Origin: the human T2T-CHM13v2.0 reference genome, Homo sapiens
Assembly: GCF_009914755.1 (NCBI RefSeq)
Contig: NC_060928.1
DNA: 64,000 nucleotides
Strand: one strand, 5' to 3'
In this document: positions 1-64,000 of the stretch, in pieces
Layout of the letters: the number at the start of each line of letters is the position of its first letter
How positions within the stretch are numbered: position 1 is the first letter of the stretch
Made by a program: the position numbers and the translations under genes
Notes under the pieces: generated by a model
What the model was told of the DNA's origin: nothing
The model's input: only the letters and a program-made list of their open reading frames with translations
The model's database searches: none

Positions 1-135
1 TTTCTTTCTTTTTTTTTTTTTTTGTAGAGATGGAGTTTTGCCATGTTGCCCAGGCTGGTATTGAACTCCTGGGCTCGAGTGGTCCGCCCACCTCAGCCTC
101 CCAAAGTTCTGGGATTACAGACATGAGCCACTGTG
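1..135 (-). mobile_element. Alu left monomer/FLAM-like
   Basis: poly-T then gtagagatgg...cctcccaaagttctgggattacag...gagccac. Confidence 0.85.
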
Positions 136-482
136 GTTTTCCAGGAAAGAGTTCACAAATAATTGTGAAACAAAAAGAATTAAATCCCTGAGAAGAGGTG
201 CTTCTTAAGAAGAGAAGTTATTTACTGCAGCAATATCTGAAAAAGTTTTCCCTGTGTTCCAGACAATTATATCTCTGAGGCTAAAATAATCCCACATTAA
301 AATAGACAATACATGTAGATGGGTTAGCTGTTCAGCAATTTGGGGGAAATATATATCAATTTAGATTCAAGAAAAAAATACAAATAAATTTTAGAAGTCA
401 ACTGAAAAATAAAGCCATAGAAAAGACAGAAGAAAATAGAATTGTATAGCATTTTACAGAATTTTGGAGGTTGGAGGATATA

Positions 483-852
483 GTATTAGTTTGCTAGGGC
501 TGCCATAGCAAAGTAGTACACACTGGGAGGCTTTTCAACAACAGAAATTTATTTTCTCACAGTCTTGGAGTCTAGAAGTCATAGATCAAGGTGTCAGCAG
601 GGAATAAAACCGATCTTCAGAGGCCTCTCTTCTTGGCTTATAGATCGTCATCTTCTCCGTGTCTTCACGTGGTCCTCCCTCTATGTCTGTCTGTGTCTCA
701 TCTTGTCTTTTTATAAGCACACCAGTCATATTATCTCATTTTAAATTAATTACCTCTTTAAAGACCCTATCTCCAACTATAGTTATAGTCTGAGATACTG
801 AAGGCGAGGACTTTAACATGAGTTTTGAGGGGACACAATTCAGCCCATAACA
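483..852 (-). mobile_element. MaLR solo LTR (MLT1A-like)
   Basis: Reverse complement of MLT1 LTR ends (gtattagtttgctagggctgccat...; ...ggggacacaattcagcccataaca). Confidence 0.85.
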
Positions 853-899
853 GAAGGAAACTGATCTCAAAAGGAATAGAAGAAACCACAAAGGAAAAA

Positions 900-1030
900 A
901 GCAGATATGGTGTTACATGCCTGTAGTCTCAGCTATTTGAAGGCTGAGGCTCAAGATTGCTTGAGCCCAACAATCCAGCCTGGGCAAAATAGCAAGGCCC
1001 CATCTCTAAAAAACAAACAAAAAACTAACT
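900..1030 (+). mobile_element. Old Alu monomer fragment
   Basis: tgcctgtagtctcagcta...gaggc...cagcctgggcaa, A-rich tail. Confidence 0.75.
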
Positions 1031-1934
1031 TAAAAAAAATGAAAAGTAAAGATAAACATTTCAATATGTCACAACAATGTTTAAATGAAAACAAAAATAT
1101 AGGAGAAAAGAGTTAATATCTTAAAAAATAGTTCATACAAATTAATAATGAAGAAATACTATGGTTCTAATAAATAGGTAAAAAAAAAAACACCAAAGAC
1201 AGACAATGCTGGCAGTGCTTACTTTCCATTTAGCAAGTGATGTCCACTGTTCAATTAATTGTGTAGAAGGAAAGTAAAAGTTTATTTTGAAGCTCAAATT
1301 TATTTTAAAACAGTGAAATGAGGCTATGATATAGCATCAAAACAATACAAAAAGTTTGCATAATATGATATTTGGAATTCTTTGATTTTGCATCTAAAAA
1401 TGCAATTTATTATTTTTAAAGTACATACTATGTTTTGTTTCTAAATGATTAGTAAAGATTTCAACCTACTAATTTTAAGTATTCCTCAAATAATTAATTA
1501 GCAGGGTAAGGAATTTTTATTCACAATAAAGAAAATGTCAAGTTAAATTACCACTGTGTGTCCTCTTTTTAAAGATGTTTTAGGGTATCAGAGACATCTT
1601 GGTGGTCTTTATAAAACTCAACAGAAGATGGCTGCCTCTCAGATGTGACAAAGACCACTTTAGAGACAAATTTGCAGAATTACCATGCACCTCAGTAATT
1701 TATAACCTTATGTTATGGTGCTAAAGCAACCATTATGAGTATAAGTTAAACAACTTATGGCTAAAAATAAAAGCAATTTAAACTGCATTAAAGTTAAAAC
1801 CATCAACACGCTAGTGGTGGTCAGCTGAGTGACTGAGTCATGAGTAAAAACATTAGTTTCCCCTAACACATGGTATAAATTTAGAAATTCTCAAACTCTT
1901 TTTTAAACTGAACAAAGTTATAAATACCCATTTT

Positions 1935-1937
<3 letters not shown>

Positions 1938-1965
<28 letters not shown>

Positions 1966-2247
1966 GTGGGGGGTGGTTCACTTTGTCACCCAGGCTGGAG
2001 TGCAGTGGCGTGAACCAGCTCACTGCAGCCTCAACTTCCTGGGCTCAAGTTATCCTCTCACCCCAGCCTCCTGAGTAACTGGAACCACAGACACATGCCA
2101 CCATGCCCGGCTAATTTTTTTTGTATTTTTTGTAGAGACAGTTTCACCATGTTGCCCTGCTGGTCTCGAACTCCTGAACTGAAGCCATCGACCTGCTTCA
2201 ACGTCCCAAAGTGCTGCGATTACAGGTGTGCACCACTGTGCCCAGCC
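1938..2247 (-). mobile_element. AluJ-like full-length element
   Basis: poly-T, two arms, ends ...cactgtgcccagcc. Confidence 0.9.
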
Positions 2248-2250
2248 TGA

Positions 2251-2335
2251 TTTTGGGAGGCTGAGGCAGGAGGATCGCTTGAGGCCAAAAGTTAAAGACT
2301 AGCCTGGACAACATAGTGAGACCCGCCTCTAAAAA
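2251..2335 (+). mobile_element. Alu left-arm fragment, inverted against the preceding Alu
   Basis: ttttgggaggctgaggcaggaggatcgcttgaggcc...ctctaaaaa. Confidence 0.85.
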
Positions 2336-5300
2336 TGTATTTTAAAAACTTTATTTAAAAAATTTAAAAAGACATGGAAAGAAAGATTACCACCTTGGAT
2401 GATGACATTAACCTCCTAAAACACCTCTATGAGCTCCAGGGACTAGGAACCCCTGATGTAGCATAACCCTGTTTGCCTGAACCATTTATGAAGACCAGAG
2501 AAGTTAAATGGTTTGTCCCATACCACAGTCATTAGTGTGGCTTCAGTTCTCTTTAGACATTGTCCATCAGACAATTTATCTTCCCATTTACAAAAGCTGC
2601 TTTCACTTGGCTTGCACATTTGAAATATAAATATATTGACATATTGGGTAAGATAGTTATCCTAAATTGTACCAAATTTGCTTTTAATAATCACAACATA
2701 TCATTTTTGTTTTTATTGTGCATAAACTCTGTAAAGATACTCTGTACCATTTTTCAAAGTTTTCTCATTATTTCAAGTCTAAGAACCCAAACTTTTCAAC
2801 AGATTGTGACTTCCATAAAGTCATGGGTGCTCTGTAAATTCAATACAGCAGGCACTTACAAAGTACCCAACTTTTCGAACAATAAGTCTAAGAAGCACTT
2901 TGAGTGTTGCTTTCTTTTCTTTATCTGTAAATGAGAAAAAAATAAGAATAGCAAAGAGGTAAAAAATGAGAGATGTCCTAAGGAAAAAAGAGTCCTGGGG
3001 CTTTGACAATCCTTTAATTAATGTTTTTTTCTATAAAGTTGTTTTTGGTCCTGTTTAAATGCTCCCTTCTCTGAGTTGCCCCAACAACTTCTTTGAGGTT
3101 TGTTTTCCCAAAGGTACCTGTTAAAAGTGACTAGGGAAAAGACTTGCTGACCCAGAGCTATCTTTATCCTCAAGTGAAGGACTAATTCTGACAGCAATCC
3201 CCTCGACTAATCCTCATCTCAACCGTATGCTACCACATTAATACCTTATGGCTTAGTGTGAGTTCCCTAAAAGCAAAACCTAATAAGATTTGGATGTGGT
3301 GACTCATTAAGGGGATGCTCTCTGGAGAAAGGGAAGGAAGGAAACTGGAAAAGGCAGAGGAAGAATCTAAACCAGGATTTCATCTCAGCTTGAGTCTGGC
3401 ATCACCCTAATCCTTTCAGGAGCTCTGGAGCATGAACTGCACTGAATAGTTGGCCCCATCTTGAGACAAGGGGCCAGCCCTTTGTGCCCCCACCCATCAG
3501 TCACTGGCCATGGGGAGGCGGAGGCATCACATCCCGAGCAAGGCTTCTTCTTTTTAGCTGAGGGCAATTCTCCAGGGGAAGTGATTGGCTAGGAACTGCA
3601 CAGGAGAATCTGGGAGACAGGTGCACTGGTCCAGTAGAGGGCATCTGGGCAGGGCATCAAAAACATCAACCACACTCACTACACCTTGTCATCACACCTT
3701 CTTCTGAAACAACACCTTGAAATGATGAATAAGGAAAAAGATGAAATATTAAAACTATACCAGTTTGTACATAGTAAATAAAGAAAAAATGCCTGTTAAG
3801 AGCTCTACAGTTGTGAGGGGCATGGACAAAAAAAAAAAAAAAAAAAGTCAGCTTTTTATCCACATGGTGTGGATACCATGAGGCTTATCTTCATACTTCT
3901 CTGATCTTCAGATTCCAAGAATCTTAGGCTGAATGTCCCCAGCTGAATCTGCCACTTTTTCATTCAACATTTTTTCCAACCGCAAAGAAGAAAATTACAA
4001 AATATTCAGTTCCATAGCTATAAGCAAAAACTTTTCACACTTGGAATCCTGGACCATACTATAAAACTATCAGAAACATCTATTATAGAAACTTTGTATC
4101 TTTACTATCTTAACATATGGTAACATATAACAATGGAAAAATTCAATATTTTATTCAGTTCTGAGACACAACATAAAGTACATAAAGTTTGAAAAATGTT
4201 TAAGACGAATACTCTTAGCATGGCACAAAAGTTAATGAAGTGTTCTACAATGGTAGCAAAACATTTATAAAGTTCCTTTCTTAATTTAACTCCCAAAAAG
4301 TAGAAATTAAGAAATAATCTTTAAAGAGCTTTATGTAGTTCCATTTAACACTTATTTCTGTCTTCATGTCTAAAGAGCTTTTCTGCATGATAGCAATGAT
4401 TTTAAAGTAGCATGTATTTAGTTGGTTTTAAGGACCTCTGAAAATCTTTGATCTATGATCACAATTCGTATTCCTATACGACTTGACAGCAACTGACTGC
4501 AGACTCAGGATGTTAAACATAACTCTATGAGAGATTTAAACCTAGCTGGTTAAAAAATGCTTTGAGTGTTTTATAGTCTCTGAAGTGACTGGGGAACTTA
4601 CTGGTCTGCATGCCTTTTCCCATTAAAGTCAAGAGGCATTGCGGATATTACCAGCATTCAGCACAATTATGTAATAAGGCATATGTAGATATATCACAAT
4701 ATATTTTATATAGAAAGTGGAACTGGAATCCTTTGATAAGAAACAAAGATGTCAATCATTGTAAGCAACGATGGCAATAAATGCCCCAAAAGGAACTGAA
4801 ACACACCTGGGGATGCTTGGCCATGTCTTTCCAAGTACGCCCATAGTCACTGCTCTTTCCTATTTCTTCCCATGAGCAGACCCTCCAAAACTCAGCAGGG
4901 AGCTCACAGGTGAGATATGAAGTCAGCTGTTGATATCTCATTTAGCATTAAAGCAGCAGAGGCAGAAATTAGATGGTTATAACAAAATGACAACCCTGCA
5001 TAACCCCCAACTTAAAAGAAAATCACATTACTGAAAAACAACAAACGTAAGTCTAAGACAGAAAGCAAGCAGTCTATATTTTAGAAAAATCTTTAATGTG
5101 TTGTTTTAAATAATTCTATGAAACTTAAATATACAATGTAATTATATTTTTCATTAACCCATTTTGTTGTTAAATTCTTCACTTGGGGCTCAGTGGTTCT
5201 AGGATTATCAGTGACACCTAAAATTCTAAGAATGTCTTACCAAGTCATAGCTGGTTGTAAAATGTCTTCAGTTTCTATTAAAAAAAAAAAAAAAAAACCT

Positions 5301-5369
5301 CTTCAGAACTTGGACAAGGGAAGGTATGCTACATAGTGAAGACTTTTTATTTTTATTTTGTTGGCAGTT

Positions 5370-5490
5370 CAGTTGGTTTCAACATTTATTGAGCACCTAC
5401 TATATACCAGGCACTGTACTAGATGCTGGAGACACAAAGATGAATAAGACATGGTCCCTGTCCCCAAGGAACTGATAGTCTCTTGGAGGC
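5370..5490 (-). mobile_element. L2 3'-end fragment within the TRPC3 3' UTR
   Basis: aacatttattgagcacctactat...ccaggcactgt...gatgaataagacatggtccctg is the typical reverse-complement L2 terminus. Confidence 0.85.
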
Positions 5491-5783
5491 AAACAGGTAG
5501 TGCAAAGATGTGGAGTTTACTCTAAAATGAATAAAAGTTTCAATAATATAGTAATATTGGGCTTTTCAACACAATGGTATGCCACTGTAATGTCAAAGCA
5601 GACAAATAAAATGCATTTTCATGTGATAAAACAATAAAACCATTAAGAGCTAACTTTTAAAGGTTCACATGATAAAGGTAGTTAATACTAAAAATTTACA
5701 TCATAGTTTTTCAAGTATTTCATACTTAGAAATATTATTGCCCACATTTGTGCTATAGTCAAAGCCAAATCCAGGTTGCTGCA

Positions 5784-59076
<53,293 letters not shown>

Positions 59077-59664
59077 GGACCTAATCAGTAGCAACGATAA
59101 AACAACTGTAGAATATTAGGGCACATTCCTTCCTTTCACATGTCAGGGCCCTTTCTGGAATACACACTACCCACTGCAAACCTCTGGCTGCAGGGGTCGG
59201 CTCAGTTGCTAGCGATACCGTTGCTAACTACTCGCCTGAAAGTGACACCTGTGATCTAACCCTGGCTGCTAGATCCCAGAAGGAAGCCGGCAGCCCTTCA
59301 GAACAAAAGCTCCTATTCTCTAGAAAATGATATTCAGATGGAATAATAATAAAAATTTCCATATACCCATGCCTTCCTTGTGACCCTAGTAAAGATGGAA
59401 CTCATCGTACCTTCCGCTCTTAAAAGTCTTGGACATTGAGGCTTGCAGGTACTTGACATTCAAGTACTAGGCTTGAAGACTAAGAGAAGTTAATTTTTTA
59501 AAGAATGAGGCCAAAACACTCCTGCCAAGTCATTGCATCCTTTTAACTAAATAAAATCATTGACCCTCAGCCCCCTACAAAAGCACAGGATTTAGGCCAA
59601 GTATCATGTTGCAGGATCTTAGTTTCATCTTTTTCTCTTTATTTTAAAATTTTTGTTTATTTAA

Positions 59665-59810
59665 ATACTTTTTTAGAGACAGGGTCTCTGTGGCCCAAGC
59701 TAGAGTGCAGTGGCAAGATCACAGGTGCAGCCCTGAACCCTTAGGCTCAAGCAATCCTCCACCTCAGCCTCCCAAGTAGCTAGGACTACAGGCACATGCC
59801 ACTTGCCCCC
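59665..59810 (-). mobile_element. Partial old Alu (right arm)
   Basis: gagacagggtct...cctcagcctcccaagtagctaggactacaggc. Confidence 0.85.
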
Positions 59811-61455
59811 ACACCCTCCACCTTATGCGTTTCTCTTAAGGGGATTCACCCATCCCCAAGTTATAGGATTTATCTTTTCAAAGATGCAGACAAGATTTAG
59901 CAATTATAAAATTTGAGCATCAACCTAGATTGATTTTATTGAAAACAACCGTGCCTTTGTAATAAGAATTATTTAATTACTAGTATTATATATTTGCCTC
60001 TTGGAACTGAAACGACAAGGTTTGATTATGGTTTAAAAATCACTAGAATTACTTTGTGAGTAAAGCAACTGGGCACTAATTGTACATCCAGATCAATGCG
60101 CACTGAAATCCTAACACAACCACATTAGTTGAGATTTATTTAGCTGCATTATCAAAGTTATGTCAATTGATGTGTACAGTGATTTGAGTTCACATCTTAA
60201 TTTCTGTGATGTTAGGTAAATAATTTCATTTCCTTGTGCATCCTTACGCCAGGTAGAAAATCGAATTTTATGAAGTTCTCAGATTTTCCTCATGAATAAA
60301 AAGCTTTTTCGGAAATTCAGAGTCTCTGAAAAACAATGCTAAATAAACACTTTTAACATCGTGACTATCTATAATCTTTCAATAATCTGTACAATATTTT
60401 GGTGGCTATTAAAATGTTGCACAAATATTGTATAAATCTGTATCTTACCTTACCCACTTCCAATGTTCAAGATAACTTCCTTTTAAAAATCTGTGATTTT
60501 TGGTGGGATGAATTGTACCAAAAAGTACCAGATAAAGCTTCCACATTACTGACTTTTGAAGCAAATAAGTCAAAGTTAAAAGTGAACGGCTAGAAAAGAA
60601 AATGCTTTATTTCTAGAATATATATTCCAGAAATACCTCCTACCATTGAAAAAACTGTATTCGTGGAGTCAGGAGTTGAAAATTAACTAGAGAGGACACT
60701 GGCCTCCCTGGGTGCCTGGGGTGGATGACTAAATTGGGAAGCTTCCCTGGCAAGAGGAATCAGAGGCACCTACCAGTGTCCATTCTGTTTTCAGCTCTGA
60801 GGGCCCCAAACAGAGAGAGGAGCACAGAAGCCACTGGCTTCTCCCAGATAGGGACTAAGGCAAATGTGGCCGGGCAAGCCTGACTCTATAGAGGTATGGC
60901 AACTAAAGGGGTCCCCAGAGAGGCTTGTTGACTTATGCAAGGACACAGTGCTGTGACTGGCACCCAATTCTAATGGCTCAACTAGTGTCAAGTGATCAAC
61001 TTTTAAAAATTAAATAAACATATTTGTTTTATATACACATATGTGTTTGTAGCAATTTCTAGAAATCAACACATGAAGATTTTGAAGTTATATCTGGACT
61101 GGGACTAAGAAGTCATACAGGAAGGGGGACTTTCACTTTTTACTTTTCACTTATACCCTTTTGCATATTTTGAATAGTTTTAACCACAGTGTGAATCTCT
61201 TTATTGAACATAAAATTAATGTTTTAAATTTTTATTTATTAAAAATTTTATTTTTAATTCCTTGGTTGACAAAAATGTTAAAATGTATTTATTAGAAACC
61301 ATTACATTATAATCTTTCTGAAGTGAAATAAATGTGCTGTGTTTGGCTGTTATGAGTAGGGTATGATGTGTAGGGGAGAGTGTGGAGTAGAGTGTATGTG
61401 TGGTATGTGTGGGAGACAAGGGAAGGGTGCAAGTCTGAGTTGGGGGACATGTGTG

Positions 61456-61458
<3 letters not shown>

Positions 61459-61487
<29 letters not shown>
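61459..61487. repeat. (TG)n microsatellite, about 14 units, within a GT-rich tract (61370-61487)
   Basis: Direct reading. Confidence 0.95.
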
Positions 61488-61488
<1 letters not shown>

Positions 61489-62573
61489 GGTATAATAATG
61501 ACTTTTAGGTGGACAAGAACTGCATAGAAGAGAACTTTGTTTCAAGACCAAACTCTATGACAAGGATTTTAAACAAATCTTGTAAATATTATAGTAATAA
61601 GTATGTTTTATGACTATTAGTGGTACTGACTTCATTGGGTTAATATTTTTATTATTAATCTATGAACTGATATTCTTCAAATGGCTAGAAATTCCATGTT
61701 GTATAAAATATTATATATTGATGAGAGGAAATATATGTGGAGTATATATGTCAGAATTTCAATACTCAGAGGGGTTACCTTTGGGAAAATAAACTCTTAT
61801 TAAAGTGTCACATCTTGGTGGAAAGGCTTTTAATTTAATGATTGCTATCTACAGGGAAAAATCACTTATAAAAATCTTACTATTTCTCCCAAAAGACACC
61901 AGGTTGAGAACATTAGGACATCATTCTTTCATCAATATTTCCTTTGTATTTCTTAGTATTTTACGGTTTTCCTTAATACTTCTTATTCCTTCAAAAGCTA
62001 TACCTCCATACTATATATTTGAACTGAAATGTCTGATTTTAGAACAAGTCACATGTCATTTTTATTTTGTCTTTAAAAACTTCTGACACTGAGAAGTGAG
62101 ATATCTCAATTAGAACAAATTATACTGTTGTTTCAAAATAAAAGAGCTGACTTAATATCACTCATCTTATGATAAATTCACAAATGGAAGTGTCTTTTTG
62201 TTAACTTTCCTTATAGTACTAAGATAAATTTCATTAATCTGAACTGATGGAACGAGTCAATATTCACATCATCCACAATGCATAAACATAATCTCAGCTG
62301 GCCTTGACAATGTATCTCTTCTAGCATGAAAAATAAGGAAGGAATGTGGGTGAATGGGGGAGAATGTTTAGCTCTAGTAATGTTAACACTAAAATTATTT
62401 TGCCAGGAATTTCCTACCCTCAGATCTTCATCCAATGGGTCATTCAACACCGCGAGAGTGCATTCTGCAGGGACTTCTTTCTGGTAAAAGCATTGGAGTA
62501 CCACTGACCCGCAGATCTATGAGGGCCATGTTTAAGCTCCTCATGACTAATACAGATAGCTGGTAATATCCAA

Positions 62574-62943
62574 CTGCTATGGACCAAATTGTGTCCCCAC
62601 AAAATTCATATGTTGAAGCCCTAACCCTTAATGTGATAGTATTTGGAGACAGAGCCTTTGGGAGATTATTTTGAAATCATAGGATCATAAAGATGGGGCT
62701 CTGATGATGGGATTAGTGCCTTTATAGGACAAGAGGGCTTGCTCCCCTCACCCTGCTACCTCCTATGTAAGGAAACATTGAGAAGGTGGCCACCTACAAG
62801 GTACCTCTCCAGAAACCGAACATGCTGGCACCGATTTCAGACTTCCAGTCTCCAGAACTGGAAGAAAATAAATTTCTGTGTGTGTCTTTTTTTTAAGCCA
62901 CCCATTCTATGATATTTTGTCATGGCAGCCTGAATGAAGACAC
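62574..62943 (+). mobile_element. MLT1A-type solo LTR
   Basis: tgctatggac...aaattcatatgttgaagccctaacc...aataaatttctg...gaagaca. Confidence 0.87.
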
Positions 62944-63149
62944 TGACAATACATTTTAAGGCAAAACATTTTTTTCATGCTTTGTGGGACCCTAGAATTT
63001 GTCCAAACACTTAAGCAGATGAAAGGCTCTTCTGAGAAATATTGTGGTGGAGCCATAGGGAACCCTCTGCTCTGCTCTATTCAGAAGCTAAAATACAAGT
63101 AACACTCCTCACTTTTCCTAACTTTGCTATCAACTCATCTGACCTCCAA

Positions 63150-63317
63150 CAGGGTTTCTCTAAGTGTGACCTGAGTACCACCTGCCTCAAGGTCACTTGG
63201 ACTGCTTGTTGAAATCAGATTTCTGGGCCCCATTCAGATGAACTAAATCAGAATCTCTCACGGTTGGACCCTGAAATATGCCCTTTAAATGAAAGTTCTT
63301 TACAATTACTGGGAACC
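63150..63317. mobile_element. MER5-family hAT MITE
   Basis: cagatttctgggcccc...taaatcagaatctc. Confidence 0.65.
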
Positions 63318-63952
63318 TCCAATATAAAAATAATGGAGCATCCTGGATCAAGGACCCCTGGCTATGAGGCCTTCAAGCAGTTGTCACTCTGGTCCTGCCA
63401 AAAATGAAGTTGAAATAATATGTTTGAGCAGCACAGGCTAAGGGACAAGTAGCCTCACATTCATTTAGTTTCTCTAAACTTTATTAACTATTTAAAATTT
63501 GGTCTCCAGGAAGCTATTTACCTAAACCACAGCACAGCAAGTAGGCAGCCTACAGAAATGCCTTCAGCAGTGACTGTTTAATGTCAAGACCTTGCTTTTA
63601 TGAAGGAGTGATATTTTTAAAAGGTTATTGTATCTTTTCAAAAACAATTAAAGAGTTAAAGAGATTGTTCACCATAGTATTCTTTGTACCTTTTATGAGG
63701 ATTAAAGTGCCAAAGTCAACCTAGAATTGCAAATCAAGAAGCCTCTCTCTTCAGATAAGTTTTTGTCCTTTAATCTAAAAATAAAAACTGTATAACCCTC
63801 ACTCCCCTGCCCCTCTCTTAGGGGGACTGCTCAATTGTTATTACTATCTTATTTCACATTTCTGGCACAGTCTTTCTCCTTTTTTAAATTATTTCTCACA
63901 CAGATTTAAAACCAAATATCCTATATTCCATGTGTTTTAAACCTGTTTTAAG

Positions 63953-64000
63953 TTATTTGAGACAGAGTCTTACTCTGTCACCCAGGCTGGAGTGTAGTGG
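63953..64000 (-). mobile_element. Alu 3' end, cut off by the window edge
   Basis: ttgagacagagtcttactctgtcacccaggctggagtgtagtgg. Confidence 0.85.

Larger units (their letters stand above)
520..5783 (-). other. TRPC3: TRPC3 3' UTR with candidate proximal end (about 5065) and distal end (about 520)
   Basis: Downstream of the stop codon. Minus-strand hexamers: AATAAA at 5385-5390, 5346-5357, 4150-4155 and 548-553; ATTAAA at 5092-5097. True cleavage sites cannot be read from sequence alone. Confidence 0.55.

Noticed and set aside
2560-2934. 124-aa plus-strand ORF
   Set aside because: TTG start, low-complexity AT-driven composition, and no recognisable domain or splice structure.
59100-59120. Alternative exon 2 acceptor ctacag, 25 nt upstream of the used one
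   Set aside because: It lies only about 9 nt after a CCTAAT branch-point-like motif, probably too close to be selected, and it would frameshift.
61368-61460. Possible G-quadruplex or Z-DNA tract
   Set aside because: G-runs are irregular with long loops within a degenerate GT simple repeat, a common feature with no further support.

Overview
This is AT-rich, repeat-dense primate (almost certainly human) genomic DNA carrying most of TRPC3, a canonical TRP cation channel gene, on the minus strand. I traced 11 GT-AG coding exons, numbered 2-12 by the usual convention; exon 1 of the long isoform lies beyond the right edge. Spliced from the ATG at 59076 to the TGA at 5784 they give 2547 nt, an uninterrupted 848-aa ORF ([10 protein letters not shown]...LNPSMLRCE). 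It encodes ankyrin repeats, S1-S6, the LFW pore motif, the EWKFAR TRP box and the C-terminal CIRB/coiled-coil region. Introns and the 3' flank contain Alu, L1, L2, MIR, MaLR/ERV LTR, hAT and mariner-derived elements. Almost all other ORFs in the track are repeat-derived or chance ORFs. I see no evidence of a new gene or an unknown biological system. The points worth following up are regulatory. They include transposon-supplied poly(A) signals, inverted Alu pairs, a very young Alu, a miR-548-type hairpin, a NAGNAG acceptor, a UG-rich element by the skippable 84-nt exon, a possible poison exon, and uORFs plus repeated RFX half-sites upstream of the CpG-rich exon 2. Repeat subfamily names come from remembered consensus sequences, and repeat boundaries are approximate unless a target-site duplication (TSD) is given.
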